64,000 nt of DNA from Eledone cirrhosa (Eukaryota). A program made the position numbers and the translations under genes. Shown here piece after piece: positions 26,400 through 40,852 of this stretch; position 1 is the first letter of the stretch, and each line of letters opens with the position of its first letter. Below the pieces are notes generated by a model. It was not told the DNA's origin, did not search any database, and was given only the letters and a program-made list of their open reading frames with translations. The stretch covers positions 26,288,001 through 26,352,000 of the forward strand of contig OZ024745.1 in the NCBI GenBank assembly GCA_964016885.1, given 5' to 3'.

Positions 26400-27212
26400 G
26401 GCGGTAGACTGGCAGAATCTGTAGAGTGTCGGATACCATGCTTCGGAGTAGAGTTACGGCCCTTTACTTTATGTGTTCAAATCCTGCCGAGATTAGCTTT
26501 GCCTTTCATCATTATGGGGTAGATAAAATAAGACGCTAGTAATATACTGGGTCGATTTAATCGTCTTTCCACTCCCCTTCAAATTACTGGCCTTGTGCCT
26601 AAAGTAGAAGCAATTATTATTATTATAACTACTACTGAGAGCAGTGGATTGGTAGTATCGGTAGAGCCAGGTATCATACTTTGCAGCCTATTCTCATACT
26701 TTGCAGCCAGGTATCATACTTTACGTTATGTGTTCAAATCTCACCGAGATTAGCTTTGCTTTTATCCTTATGGGATCGATGAATTAAGTACCAGTAATAC
26801 ACTAGGGACGATTTAATCGTCATTTTCCAGCCCCCAAATTGTTGGATGAAGATGGCAGTGAAGCTAAAATTTCCATACAGTATTTAGTTACCAAATTTCT
26901 TTACGTTCTATGTTCAAATCTCTGCCTTTTTCTCATCCTTTTGAGGTTGGTATATAATCAACATTGGCATTCCCTCAAAATTGCTAGCCTTGTGCCCAAG
27001 TCAGAAACCATAATTAAAAGTAATATTAGAAGCGTGCTGGATTGGCAGTATCATTGGAGCGCCGGACATTCTGAGTTCATATGCCGCCTAGGTTTCCCTA
27101 TCATTTTATCCTTCTGGGGTCTATTAAATAACGTGATATAAAGTACTGTCGATTTAATCCCCTTTCCTCTCCCGAACATTGTTAGCCTTGTATGTAAGTC
27201 AGAAATTATTAT
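26400..27212 (+). mobile_element. Cluster of four head-to-tail SINE copies of differing divergence
   Basis: A box/B box/central motifs repeat at ~26400, ~26640, ~26850 and ~27035. Confidence 0.7.
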
Positions 27213-29245
27213 TATTAGTAGTAGTCTGGTTTAAAGAAAAACTAGAAGATTTCTGTAACCAATATCGTGCCTCACATGTTTTTGTTCCAATTGCGTTGAA
27301 GTCAAAATAATAAATATCTGTTAAATACAAGCCTGAAGTCAATTAATATTATCCACGCTCAATTCAACATAAATTCGTATACAGAAGAATGAATAGTAAT
27401 TATGATAACAGTGACAGTAGCTTATAGATAAAGAGTTAATAGAATTCTGTTTTATTGCCTAATGTTTTCATTTCAAACCCGAACATGAACAAATTTCCCT
27501 GGTATCATTCCGGGTCATTAGAATAAGCACCAACACTATAGTGCTTGCGATCCAGTCGAGTGTACATCCGCCATTTACAAACAACGCACTCTTCCTTCTC
27601 AAATCAAACGGAACCATCAACACCACTGCTAAAATTATCATTATCATTATCCTTATTTTCCTCTTGACGTTAATATTTATCAATCGTCGTGGTCAATAAA
27701 ATAATTGAGATAATATCTGTGCATTAAAACTGATGAAGATCCCACACATGAAGTAAAAGTAAGTAGCATCAGATTCAAACAAAGGCTAAACTTTTTCTAA
27801 GTTTAAGGATTGATTATTTTGTTCAGGTATGTGTTCAAATATAAGTATTGTTCAGAAATTGTTAAACATTTCCTTTAATACTATTCGCAATAGCACCCCT
27901 AACAATAGAAAAAAAAACATCAGTAATATTAAAACCGGCAGAGGTCATTGGATTGCAACATCAGTAGAGTGCCGGACAAAATCCTTAATATATTAAACTA
28001 GTTCGTTTTATATTAAAGAAAATTGTGTATGCTGGCTTTGACCTGTTTTTGTGGCTAATGAAATAAGTATTAATGAAGGATTTTGGTTCATTTAGTGTAA
28101 TCTGCCCTCTCGGCAGAAATAGCATATCGAGAACATATCGCTACAATTTGAACACCAAAAGCAAGAAAAGCAGGTACAATATTTGTTGTAACAATATTAG
28201 CAGAAACAATAAGATTGCAATAAAATATGAACAATATTAAGCTAAAGGGACGCCCACACTAAAGTAGACTAAAGTACCACTTTTTTCCCTAGGTGACATT
28301 TAAAACTAAAATTGTGAATGTAATCAGCCAGTATATCGAGAAAATACTCTTTGGGGAATCGAAATAGTACTCCAGTTACCTAATGGTAGATGAGTGTCGA
28401 ACGAAGGAATGGTAGTATGAAGTAAATAGGATGATATATTATTAGTATTTAAAAAAACGAGGGTAGCAGATAAAAATTGTCGTTAAGATAAGTTTGTGAC
28501 TGGTTTTCTATGTTTGGCCGTAATGTTTTTACGTTTCTAAAAGATCTAAAAGAAAAAAAAAAAAACAACACACACATTTAATATTCAACTTCTCATCTTC
28601 TTGCATTTAATAGATCTAATGATTCCATTGAAATATTGATACAATCACTAAAAGTTTTATTTCATATTTTGTTAAATGAAAAGAAAAATATTTTACTTTG
28701 ACCAGGCAAGAGAAGTAAGGCTTATATTATATATGATCAAAATGGGAATATTAGTTTTCATATTCTGCATTACGCAACGAGATTACCTATAACTTTGATA
28801 GGTTTCGTCCAGTATTGGCCCAGGCCATGTATAACTTAATAGCACCACCTGGCGAAGTCTTTGCAATCAAGATTTGGACACCATGTCCCACTCAAGTAGA
28901 GAGTTATTGTTTACGGAGACATATCCGGGTTTAGGAGGTTTATCCGGGATTTCTTCATGGACTTTGTCCACAGACTTTTTGAATTTTATGGGGGTCTGTT
29001 TCTGTTTTAATGTGTTTTGGTGTAATGTTAAAGAGAGCGGGACCAGTTGAGGTGAAATAGCCGTGCCGTGATGTAACGAGATGCAAGTTTGTATTCAAGT
29101 AAGAAACGCTCTAACATTAGCCTCAGTAACGCCGAGTATATACTCACTTTTTACTCACCGTGGTATGTAAATATATAGCATTTTTTTTTCTTTATTGCCT
29201 TTACCACTTACCACCCTAACCACAGAATATTATTTCTCTAGATTT

Positions 29246-29428
29246 GCGGTGGATTGGCAGTATCGGTAGAGAGTCGGACGCCATGCTTTCCAGCATAGTT
29301 ACGTCCCTTTACGATCTGAGTTCAAATCTCGCCGAGGTTGACTTTGCCTTTCATCCTTACGGGGTCGATAAAATAAAGTACCAGTAATGCACTGGGTAAT
29401 TGCTGGCCTTGTGCCTAAAGTAGAAACA
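29246..29428 (+). mobile_element. tRNA-derived SINE with 17-bp TSD
   Basis: TSD attatttctctagattt at 29229-29245 and 29429-29445. Confidence 0.92.
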
Positions 29429-30302
29429 ATTATTTCTCTAGATTTCAAGAGCACAATAGTATTACCTGACCTTGAGGACAATCGTCATAATCGATTCGGT
29501 TAAAAGACCGCCTTCAGATGTTCCTATGTAACAAATATTTTAACATACATTCTAAATCAAATCACAGTATCAAGATTTATCGTCGCGTCAAAACACTACG
29601 AGAACGTACAAAACTAACGTTTAAAGAGAAGCGACATATTAATCATTATCTATAATGTAGTGATTGTTTAGCAATAGGTCAGTCTAGACTGAGTAGTTTT
29701 ATGATTAAAGTCTTTCAAACTGAGATCATACCATATTGGCTTAAGTTATGTTGTACCCAGATCTACATTAAGCTCAATATATCTTTCTTCTTTTTTTAAG
29801 GCGACAGTGTATTATTCAAAGGGGATTTGGCTGCTATTTCTAACAGATATCCATTCCAACTAGTGAGGATCACTCATACGGGGGACCATCTCCGCTCTAA
29901 TAGAAGTGAGTAGAGAACTTGTCCGGGGACCAAGAACGCCGAAGGTTCCCACTGTTACATGTTCACCAACAAACCTATCGTAGAGCGACTGATCCTTCGA
30001 TAGTTTACGATCTTCGGTCTGGTGAGCCTTGAAGCCTGGGTTAGTCACTGAATGCACCAGGTTGCTGCTGGGGAATGTTTCATTGCATATAGCGTCTCAG
30101 ATGGGGAGCATACTACCGTGGAAAGGGAATATAGTTATTCGTGTGGTAGGTTGCCGTCCCCGCGGTCCAGACCTGCTGGGTCGCGCTGGGGAGATATCAA
30201 AGTCATGGTTTAGGATCTTATTGAGAAATTACTTTAGAAATTCCAATCAACTGGAAAAATCTAACGGGGCGTAAATCCATAAATACTCTACGCGTGAGGG
30301 GA

Positions 30303-30499
<197 letters not shown>

Positions 30500-30562
30500 A
30501 CATACACATCTATATATATATATATATTTATTTATTTATATGTATATATGTATATATTTATA

Positions 30563-30663
<101 letters not shown>

Positions 30664-31186
30664 AAGGGATGTGTATAAATGTGCCAAAGTATCGATTGTG
30701 ATTTCGTAAAATCTATTGGTATGTTTTATATAGTTGCGTGCTTATTTAGAGACGTGAGTGAATTTTCGGTAAACTTCTCATATGCGCCTGCTTCAGTGAC
30801 TTAAATTTTAAGCGGGCTCCCATACACAAGAAAAGGACCTGCATCCACCATGTTTTTATACAAAGGATGCCTCTACGAGTTTGATTTATTTGTTAGATGT
30901 AGCAGCAAAATCCCCTTTGAATAACACACAGTTATATACACATAGCTACTACTACTAGCCTGTGAAGTGTCTTTACAGAGAGCAGACACATATACACATA
31001 ACAAATATTGTCAGCCTGGATAGACACCCTGAATTTCATGCTGCAGAAGCTCACTAATCATTATTTGCCAACTCCAGTGTTACCCTGCAACTAACTGCTG
31101 GAATATGCACTTATTTATCTAACTACAACTAACAGGTGGCATCAATGATACCGTTGCAGTTTATATATATATATAGATATCTGCAG

Positions 31187-31372
31187 AGGTTATATTTAAT
31201 TTGTTGGGATTCAACAAGCTTTAAAATGTTATAACTGATATAAAGCACTCAACAGTTGTGGAGTAATTTATCTGATGAAAGCGCACCATAATTTTCCTTG
31301 GTTGCCCTTCAAATATGTATAATAAAATAAATATGGTTTTATAAATATAGTTTCCATTTATTAATATATTGT
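31187..31372 (+). mobile_element. Diverged copy of the 39925-40266 family, with decayed hammerhead and inverted 5' piece
   Basis: ctgatgaaag...cccttcaaatatgtataataaaataaatatggttttataaatatagtttccattta. 31190-31253 resembles the reverse complement of ~40197-40262. Confidence 0.6.
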
Positions 31373-31450
31373 ATATAGATATAAATATTTTAAATATCTG
31401 TTTTTATTAAAATATTAACTAGCTGAAATTAATTTTATTATTTTTGTTAA

Positions 31451-31636
31451 TAATTGTTTCTACTTTAGGAACAAGGCCAGCAATTACCCAATACATTACT
31501 GGTACTTTATTTCATCGACCCCCGTAAGGATGAAAGGTAAAGTTATCGATGGCGGGATTTGAACTCAGAACGTAAAGGGCCATATATCTATGCCTCAAAG
31601 CATGTTGTCCGACGCTCTCCCGATACTGCCAATCCG
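31451..31636 (-). mobile_element. tRNA-derived SINE
   Basis: Full-length reverse-complement match. Confidence 0.85.
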
Positions 31637-31789
31637 CATACCAATCACTTTGTTCAGCTACATCTGAAGGAATCTACTCTGTTGCTGGAACCTATTTCAC
31701 TTATCCTTGAGATAGATAGTGGGTGTACTGTATTATAGTGCCTTGGGTGCTCAAATCATCGAATGATAGATTGACTTATTAAAGTCTAT

Positions 31790-32242
<453 letters not shown>

Positions 32243-32326
32243 TTATTAAAATACCAGATTAAAGTTTAAGATAAGAATCGCTGCTTTCAACCTTAACGGG
32301 TAACGCTTGATATAGCAGGAAGAGGA

Positions 32327-32362
32327 TCTTAACGTTTCTGACGCTAGTGCTTCATCAGAAGA
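32327..32362 (-). ncRNA. Degenerate minimal hammerhead-like motif
   Basis: Minus strand: tctt CTGATGA agcactagcgtca GAAA cg TT aaga. Weak stem II. Confidence 0.4.
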
Positions 32363-32526
32363 AAGAATGAAAAATAAGATAGATAGGGCGGGTTGGAATT
32401 GGAAAAAATGTCTTTAGATAAGAATAACAGATTCATTCATGTTGACTGTAAACAAACAATAAACACTTAACAGAGTGAAATCTCAATGGATGTGTGTAGA
32501 GACTATTATTTGTTTTCTGAAATAAA

Positions 32527-32718
32527 GGGCGGTGGGTTGGCAGTATCGGTAGAGGGTTGGGCACCATGCTTTGACGTATAGAGTTACGGTCCTTGTCATT
32601 CTGAGTTCAAATCCCGCCGAGGTTAACTTTGCCTTTCATCCTTACGGGGTCGATAAAATAAAGTACCAGTAATGCGCTGGGTAATTTGCTGGCATTGTGC
32701 CAAAAGTAGAAATAATTA
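32527..32718 (+). mobile_element. tRNA-derived SINE
   Basis: Full-length; ttttctgaaa on both sides is a probable TSD. Confidence 0.85.
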
Positions 32719-33606
32719 TTTATTTTCTGAAAGAAAAGGGAACAGTGACTTCGAAGTTTCATTGATTGCTTCTTCCTTATATGTTTGTAGTGTAATGTGT
32801 TAGTCAAGCCCGATATTTTAGAGATCATTAATATTAAGTTCGAATGTATTCAAGTAAATACCTGCATATAAAACTTAGAGTGAAGTTGAGTTTCTAAAGG
32901 CAGACATTTTGGAGACGGAAACACTTGGAAGAATTCTTCGGTCAATGACTGATTGTAATTCAGTTATGCTGATTCATTCTTCCTTTTCAGTCACATTGTA
33001 TCGACTACATCAGTATCAAGGGTTTAAAACAAGTGGTATGTTAGTATCTGGGGTGATTGGTTCTGTAGAAACTCCCTTCGTGACTAGGGGTTTTGCTTTT
33101 TGTCCATGCTGTATATATACTTGATGGCGATGCTGATGGTGTTGCGAGTGTTTGAGGCAAATTAGGAAAGTAAAATTTAATCCACAGGAATGCTACTTAC
33201 TAATCTCTTACTGAGCAGTGAATTCTAGGAAAATTTCTAACGTTGGCAGATTAGAAGGAAAGGCTGCAATTTGGAAGCTTTAAGAGTTTGCAGCTATTCC
33301 ACGTATTTCGCTTTATGGACGGTGGTACGACAGGAGAGGAAGTAGTGAGTAAGATCCACTCACCTGATAGAGATATGTGTGTTTTTTCTAGAGTTGTATA
33401 TTGTTTTCTTTACCTGTATTATTATAGAGCAATTGTGTGTGAACAGCTTATTGGTTTGGAGTAAATGGGGTATTTGTTTACGTAAAGGATATCAAAGGAT
33501 ATACCTAAATTTATTTGTTTCAGCTGTATAGTGGGCTCAAAATAGGTCAACGGTGAATAAGATTAACTGCAAGGAGTAACTAGTGTGATACTGGTTATAT
33601 AACAAA

Positions 33607-33789
33607 TAATTGTTTCTACTTTTGGCACAAGGCCAGCAATTATCCCAGTGCGTTACTGGTACTTTATTTTATCGACCCCGTAAGGCAAAGTTAACCTGGG
33701 CGGGATTTGAACTCAGGCCGTAAAGGGACGTAACTCTATGCTGCAAAGCATGGCGTCCGATCCTCTACGGATAATGCCAATCCACCGCC
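33607..33789 (-). mobile_element. tRNA-derived SINE
   Basis: Full-length with a small internal deletion. Confidence 0.85.
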
Positions 33790-33980
33790 TTTATTATCTA
33801 ACAAATAATGAGGTGATTTATGGTGACACAGGTGTGAAAGCAGATTGTTTCAATATGTTTATTTGCACCATGGGGTCTTGATAAAGGCAATTCTCGAAAG
33901 ACATGATAAATGCAGAGATGATCAACTTGGTAAAGGCAGGGCTTGTATATTGGAAAGAAAAAAAATAATGGATATTTCAA

Positions 33981-34035
<55 letters not shown>

Positions 34036-34156
34036 CCCCGTCACGCACAGACTCTTTCTGCTGAAAACAGGTTCACAATCGCATGCCGACACACGCATAC
34101 ACACTCACACCTGCATACATATATACACATATATACAAACGTATGCATACATACAC

Positions 34157-34311
<155 letters not shown>

Positions 34312-34375
34312 CATATATATAAATATATACATATATATAAATATATATATATACATATATATATATTCATATATG

Positions 34376-34509
<134 letters not shown>

Positions 34510-35190
34510 CATAGTGAGAGAGGAAGAGAGGCGAAGAGAAAGAGGGACAGAAAAAGAGAGAGAGAGAGTCTCGTAAACAATATTCTTCGAGATTTCATGT
34601 CTTATCAGATGATGGTTTACAGAGTTTTACTATTTATAGCAGCATGATTGAACAATGGAATCTCTATAATACTACGGCTGTTGACTAATAATTTATAGTA
34701 TAAACCCTCTAGTAAATTTCCATATTTCATTCGGTACATTACTCTAGTTACGACTGAGCGGAAATATACAGGACTATCCTAAGACTTGATCCTAGATATA
34801 TAAGTGCTGGAAGTAAACACGGCGCCATCCATTCATTTATGATCTTTCAATGAATGCAGACGATGGAAATATTCTAAAATCTATAGGAAAAGTAACATCT
34901 TCCTGTCCGTCGCTCTACTCGAGACAGGCTGGCGCCAATGTTGACAAAATGAACATAGAAGAGAGAAGCATAATGATTAAGCAACCTAGTGGTCATTGTC
35001 TTTTAACTTCTTATACATATATATATATATATATATATATGGGCCCGATTCTTCAAAGGCAAACGTACGCGGAACAAAGTTAAGACAATGACCCAATATG
35101 TAGTTCAATGACCTGCACAAATTGAAATTGTTCCCAATTTTTTATGTACGGATAGGTTACTTAACACCTATAACATTCTTTAATGTGTTG

Positions 35191-35299
<109 letters not shown>

Positions 35300-35397
35300 T
35301 CATATGTATATACGTATGTAGTTGTCAGCCGGTAGAAAAGTGTACTCAATGCCGAAGTAGAGTTTAAATATTCATTTCATCAAGGCTAAATAGTGGC

Positions 35398-35454
35398 TCT
35401 TGTTACTCTGGAGTTTCACCTGCTTCTCGCAAGTGAAACTCCAGAGTAACAAGA
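35398..35454. repeat. 22-bp inverted repeat containing a hammerhead 3' half
   Basis: tcttgttactctggagtttcac ... gtGAAActccagagTAacaaga. Confidence 0.6.
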
Positions 35455-35658
35455 CTCACAAGCCTTAATAAAATAAAGATATTTATATATATATATATAT
35501 ATAAGACACATATATTCCGATGTATCCAATATCATAGAGGTCCCAAACTTCCGATACGAGACAGAGACCTGCGAAATGCATAAATGTGATCTCTTATGCT
35601 TTTATCTGTCCCCAGAAGAATATCTAAAATATTTACACGTCATTATTTTCAGAGAAAA

Positions 35659-35843
35659 GGGCGGTGGATTGGCAGTATCGGTAGAGGGTCGGACGCCATG
35701 CTTTCCAGCATAGTTACGTCCCTTTACGATCTGAGTTCAAATCCCGCCGAGGTTGACTTTGCCTTTCATCCTTACGGGGTCGATAAAATAAAGTACCAGT
35801 AATGCACTGGGTAATTGCTGGCCTTGTGCCTAAAGTAGAAACA
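35659..35843 (+). mobile_element. tRNA-derived SINE with TSD
   Basis: attattttcagaga at 35642-35655 and 35844-35857. Confidence 0.9.
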
Positions 35844-35968
35844 ATTATTTTCAGAGAGAAGGTGTTTCATTAAAAAACATCTATAGTTATTTCTATATTC
35901 TATATTAGTTATTTCTATAAGTTGTGTGCTTGCATACATATTTATTTCTAGTGTACCCTTGCCGTTAA

Positions 35969-36153
35969 TAATTGTTTCTATATTTGGCACAAGGCCAGCA
36001 ATTATCCCAGTGTATTACTGGTGCCTTATTTTATCGACCCCGTAAGGATGAAAGGCAAAGTTAACCTCGGCGGGATTTGAACTCAGACCATGAAGGGACG
36101 TAACTCTTTGCTGCAAAGCATGGCGTCCGACCCTCTACCAATACTGCCAATCC
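35969..36153 (-). mobile_element. tRNA-derived SINE, inverted relative to its neighbour
   Basis: Full-length reverse-complement match. Confidence 0.88.
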
Positions 36154-36512
36154 AACAATGACGGCAATAGCGTTGAAGTGATTCATATTTTGGTGTCATG
36201 GATTGACTCGATCAAAATCCTTTAATTTGGGGTTCCATCATGGCCGCAGTCTAGTGACTGAAAGCAGTAAACGGCTAAAACAGTAAATATGTAGGCTTCA
36301 CCTTGTTAAACGGTTTCATTAGAATTATGACTGCAAGTTATCATAACATACATTAGAACCATGTTGGGTCAACACAACAATCATTCAGTCACTAAATGAC
36401 TGCAATAGGTTGTTGACACATTTTTCTCTCACTCTGCGGCAATAATCTTCTCCGAAATACTCGCCTGAACTAAGAATATATTAGATGAAATTTAAATTAA
36501 ATCCGGATGTGT

Positions 36513-36685
<173 letters not shown>

Positions 36686-38684
36686 GTGTTATATGTTATT
36701 GGGTACTTTGTTTATCGTCCAATTTAGGTTGAAAATATTTGGTACCTTATCAAAGACACATCTTTACATCTTTATTTATGTCTAGTAGCATTTCCAAACC
36801 TCAATTTAGAGGTCATTGGCGTATTTTATTTATTTATATTTTGTATGAAATATACTTTACTGTTATGGTGAGACATTGAATGAAATCATCATAATTATGT
36901 GATTTCTCGCAGATGCCTAACAATCAAGCTTGATGAATCTTATGAAAGGCCAGACAAAGTGTGTGAAATTTGATAAAATGAATTTAATCTATCAGAAAGC
37001 GCAAGGAATGTTTCTTCACAAGCCACTGAATAGCAAGTAACAACGTGACAACAGAAAATTACAAGTGTATCAATTGTGATGTAAATTTATACAGGCTTGA
37101 TATGCTTTCTGTTTTTATTTGCGTATATGTATTTGTGGGTATGTTAGTATGAATATGTTGTTATTATTTAGCAGCTAATCTCCGCTGATCGAGCAACCAC
37201 ACCATGAAAGGTATTCCAGCTCAAAATGTAAATATAGGACAAGATTATGCAATTGCTTAATACGTCGATGTGAGTTGAGGATTACTTCATTGCTCTTTCT
37301 AGAAGGCCGAGCGCTTGCGAAGAAAAAATATTCCAACGTTAGCTCATGTGTATATATACATACATGTTTAATATCATCTATCATGATACCCTCAGCCCCC
37401 CACTCTCTGATACCGCTTCTTTTCTGCACTCCTGTCTTTCCTGATGAATGACTAACTTCCAAAAACGACGAAGTCATTATTTATACCTGACGAAGTATTT
37501 TAAAATCTCCCTGTTTGTTTTTATAACTTTTACATTTTCTTGTTTCGTTCTATGACCACAAAGCCAAAAAATATATCACACTGGTTTTACCAAACTAGTG
37601 ATGTGAGAATGAAAAGCTTAATGTATATTAATATTTGATTCCCATTTGATATTTAATATACTATTATATCATCTCTACCGCCCCCACTATCCCTCCTTAG
37701 GCTCTAACACCCCCTGGCCCTTCTAAATGTCCTCAGGGGGGCGGTAGCACCCACTTTGAGAACATCTGATATAATTATTATCATCCGTAATTTATATTGC
37801 TAATGATCGAATTAGGAAAGGTAAGAAAAGCCGTAGAAGTTTATAGAAAAATGTTAGATTCAGTAAAATATATAGACACAGAAACAAAGTAGATACTGGC
37901 AAGTGTGTTTTATGAATAAGTTCACATGTTAAACTGCTTTCAATACATGTATATATTTTTTAGGTTTAGTGCGGGAGGAAAGAGGAGCGTTCGTATTCCT
38001 TCTCAACGCCTTCATGTCTGATGGGAGTGAGGAAAAGAGGGAGGAAGGTATCCACAAACTGGAGACCTTGTCTGTATATGAACTCTATGACAAATGCAAC
38101 CTAGGGCCAGCTGATAGTGTGACTTGGGCGATGGATTAAGTCTACCACCCAAGTGAATCATACCGGGATATGAGCTCAGAAGACAAAGAGACGGAACAAA
38201 TAACACAAAGCATGTTTATCGATGATTTTACCGTTCTAAAAATCCATACTCAGAAATGGTAATTTATCGACCCTGAAATGATGAAAGGCAAATATGTCTT
38301 CATTTGGGAATTGAACTATGTATACATACATATTATTTGTGTATACAATTGAATACACATTTTCAATGAAATATGTTTTGAAAATAATAACAAGTACCAC
38401 AGGGTTAAAATTTAAATAATTTACCACGATGCATTTCCTGGCTGTATAGTCTGTATATCAACAACGACGGATTCAAAGTATGTCACATTTTATTCAACAT
38501 AGACCAAACTATTCGTTGACTTGTTTTGTGGGTGGTTTATTGTAACTGTTCCAGATGGTGGATTTATAGTGAAGGATGAAAGTATGATGGAATCCATAGG
38601 AGATTACATTTTTGAAAGTGTACTAACAACTGACATAGTATGTGTAACAGTTATAAGATGTATGTATATATGTATATATGTATG

Positions 38685-38740
<56 letters not shown>

Positions 38741-38853
38741 CATATACTTACATAAATATGTACATAAATATTGTTCCCCGTGTTTGTCTTTCATTTTTGA
38801 CCTTGCCTTGTAGTGTGTTTGTCTTTGTCTTTGTATGTACATATGTATGCGTT

Positions 38854-38969
<116 letters not shown>

Positions 38970-39212
38970 TGTTTGTCGGTGTGGTGTGTTTGAACAAGAT
39001 GCGTCGATTGAGATGCGTTCTAATATTTATATTTGGTTGTTTGTGTTCTGATTTCAAATGCCACTGAGGACTTCGTGGGTGATTCATGTAATTCCTCTCA
39101 CGATTTAACACCAGAAACTGACCAACTGTCACATTTGAGGGATACTGCCCTCCCCACCACCACTCTCACAGGTTGATCTTATCCTCACCAAACACCAAAC
39201 ATTGTTTACACA

Positions 39213-39256
<44 letters not shown>

Positions 39257-39297
39257 CGAAACATAAGTCAATTGCATGAACTCATAATCCTTTATTT

Positions 39298-39353
39298 ACT
39301 GCTATATATATTTCGATGATAACCATTGAATGGCTATGACCTCATCAGGCAGT
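39298..39353 (-). ncRNA. Type I hammerhead ribozyme motif
   Basis: Minus strand: actgc CTGATGA ggtcatagccatt c aatggttatcatc GAAA tatata TA gcagt. Stem I 5 bp perfect, long stem II, palindromic stem III. Confidence 0.8.
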
Positions 39354-39445
39354 TAGTCAGTTCTTAGATATGCCAGCTCTGTGTTGATGGTATCAGAGCC
39401 TTGATGGTATCAGAGCCTTAGGAAATATAAATATATATATATATA

Positions 39446-39654
39446 TTAGGACTGGTGCGCTGAAATAGTGATGTGTACATGTATGTACAGTATATTTGGC
39501 AATATACCATATGTTTAATTAAAAACATTTAGAAGACCATACGCTATCAGTTTTAAAGAAGTGACATAGTCACTACTTTAAAACCGATAGCGTATGGTCT
39601 TCTAAATGTTTTTAATTAAACATACGGTATATTGCCAAATATACTACACATACA

Positions 39655-39660
<6 letters not shown>
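39446..39660. mobile_element. Fold-back element of the 23742 / 310-bp-unit family (hammerhead part absent)
   Basis: Arms ~39490-39565 / 39569-39646, centre gtgacatagtcac; (TA)n on both sides. Confidence 0.8.
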
Positions 39661-39685
<25 letters not shown>

Positions 39686-39876
39686 GGATTTAAGAGAGTC
39701 GAAGTAAGTGTTACAGCATATGTATAAACTTTATTTGCATTTTACAATTATTTTGATATCTATCAGCTCGAAGTACAACCAAGGAGATGGGGCCTAACTG
39801 TTTTTCGATACCTCGTCCGATAAGCAAGCTTATATGTGCAAAGACACATCCAAAAATTTTACATGTATCTGTATAT

Positions 39877-39924
<48 letters not shown>

Positions 39925-39929
<5 letters not shown>

Positions 39930-40266
39930 ATTAAATAAATGGAAACTATATTTATAAAACCATATTTATTTCATTATATATGTTTCGGGGATATCATATT
40001 AACAATATGCTATGCCTTCCTCAGACAAAATACAATATAAACAGTTTTATAGATAAAACTGTTTATATTGTATTTTGTCTGAGGAAGGCATAGCATATTG
40101 TTAATATGATATCCCCGAAATATATATAATGAAATAAATATGGTTTTATAAATATAGTTTCCATTTATTTAATATTGTAAATATACTCCAAATATTTGTC
40201 GAGTGCTTTTATATCAGTTATAAATATTTACTAGTTGTAACCCAACAATTTTAAATATAACTTTCC
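39925..40266 (+). mobile_element. Fold-back element (centre 40051/2) with a hammerhead in each arm
   Basis: Palindrome 39925-40179 plus a 3' extension; (TA)n flanks. Confidence 0.85.
40071..40136 (+). ncRNA. Type I hammerhead-like motif (mirror copy 39967-40032 on -)
   Basis: tattttgt CTGAGGA aggcatagcatatt gtt aatatgatatcccc GAAA tatata TA atgaaata. Stem I 8 bp with G-U pairs; stem II imperfect. Confidence 0.65.
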
Positions 40267-40300
<34 letters not shown>

Positions 40301-40763
40301 ATGATATATTATATTATGTTGTAATATATCATATATTATATCATGTTATATCATACATCGTGCAACTTTTACATATAGAGGTGACATTGAGCTTGCTAGA
40401 ATGTTAACTAGACTTTGGGAAAAACATTTGTACAAGATATCAAGATTAATAATGAGATGTTGTTCAGAAGTTGCTGGTAAGTTTTGTTTATAGGGGTTCA
40501 TGTACTTGATGTCGTTGCAAGAATCAATTTGTCATTCTGTTTTTTTTTTTATTTTATTTAAAATATTGCTGTGAATGTACATAAAAATATGGTCGGTTGA
40601 GTCTATGTTAAAGAACACGGATACACTATGCATTATTCCTACTTGAAATTAAGGTCCTTGAACCTAATAAAAATTATAATATAGGCATGGTTTCATGATT
40701 AAGGAGTTTCATGATTAGCGTGTTGTCTTTTGAGTGCAATTTGGTTAATGGAATCTGCAGAAG

Positions 40764-40851
<88 letters not shown>

Positions 40852-40852
<1 letters not shown>

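Noticed and set aside
29246-29340. tRNA gene (A and B boxes)
   Set aside because: It is the head of a SINE with body, tail and TSD; no convincing cloverleaf.
37355-37500. CTGAGG/CTGATGA/CTGACGA words suggesting hammerheads
   Set aside because: No intact GAAA box with a compatible stem I; too degenerate to call.
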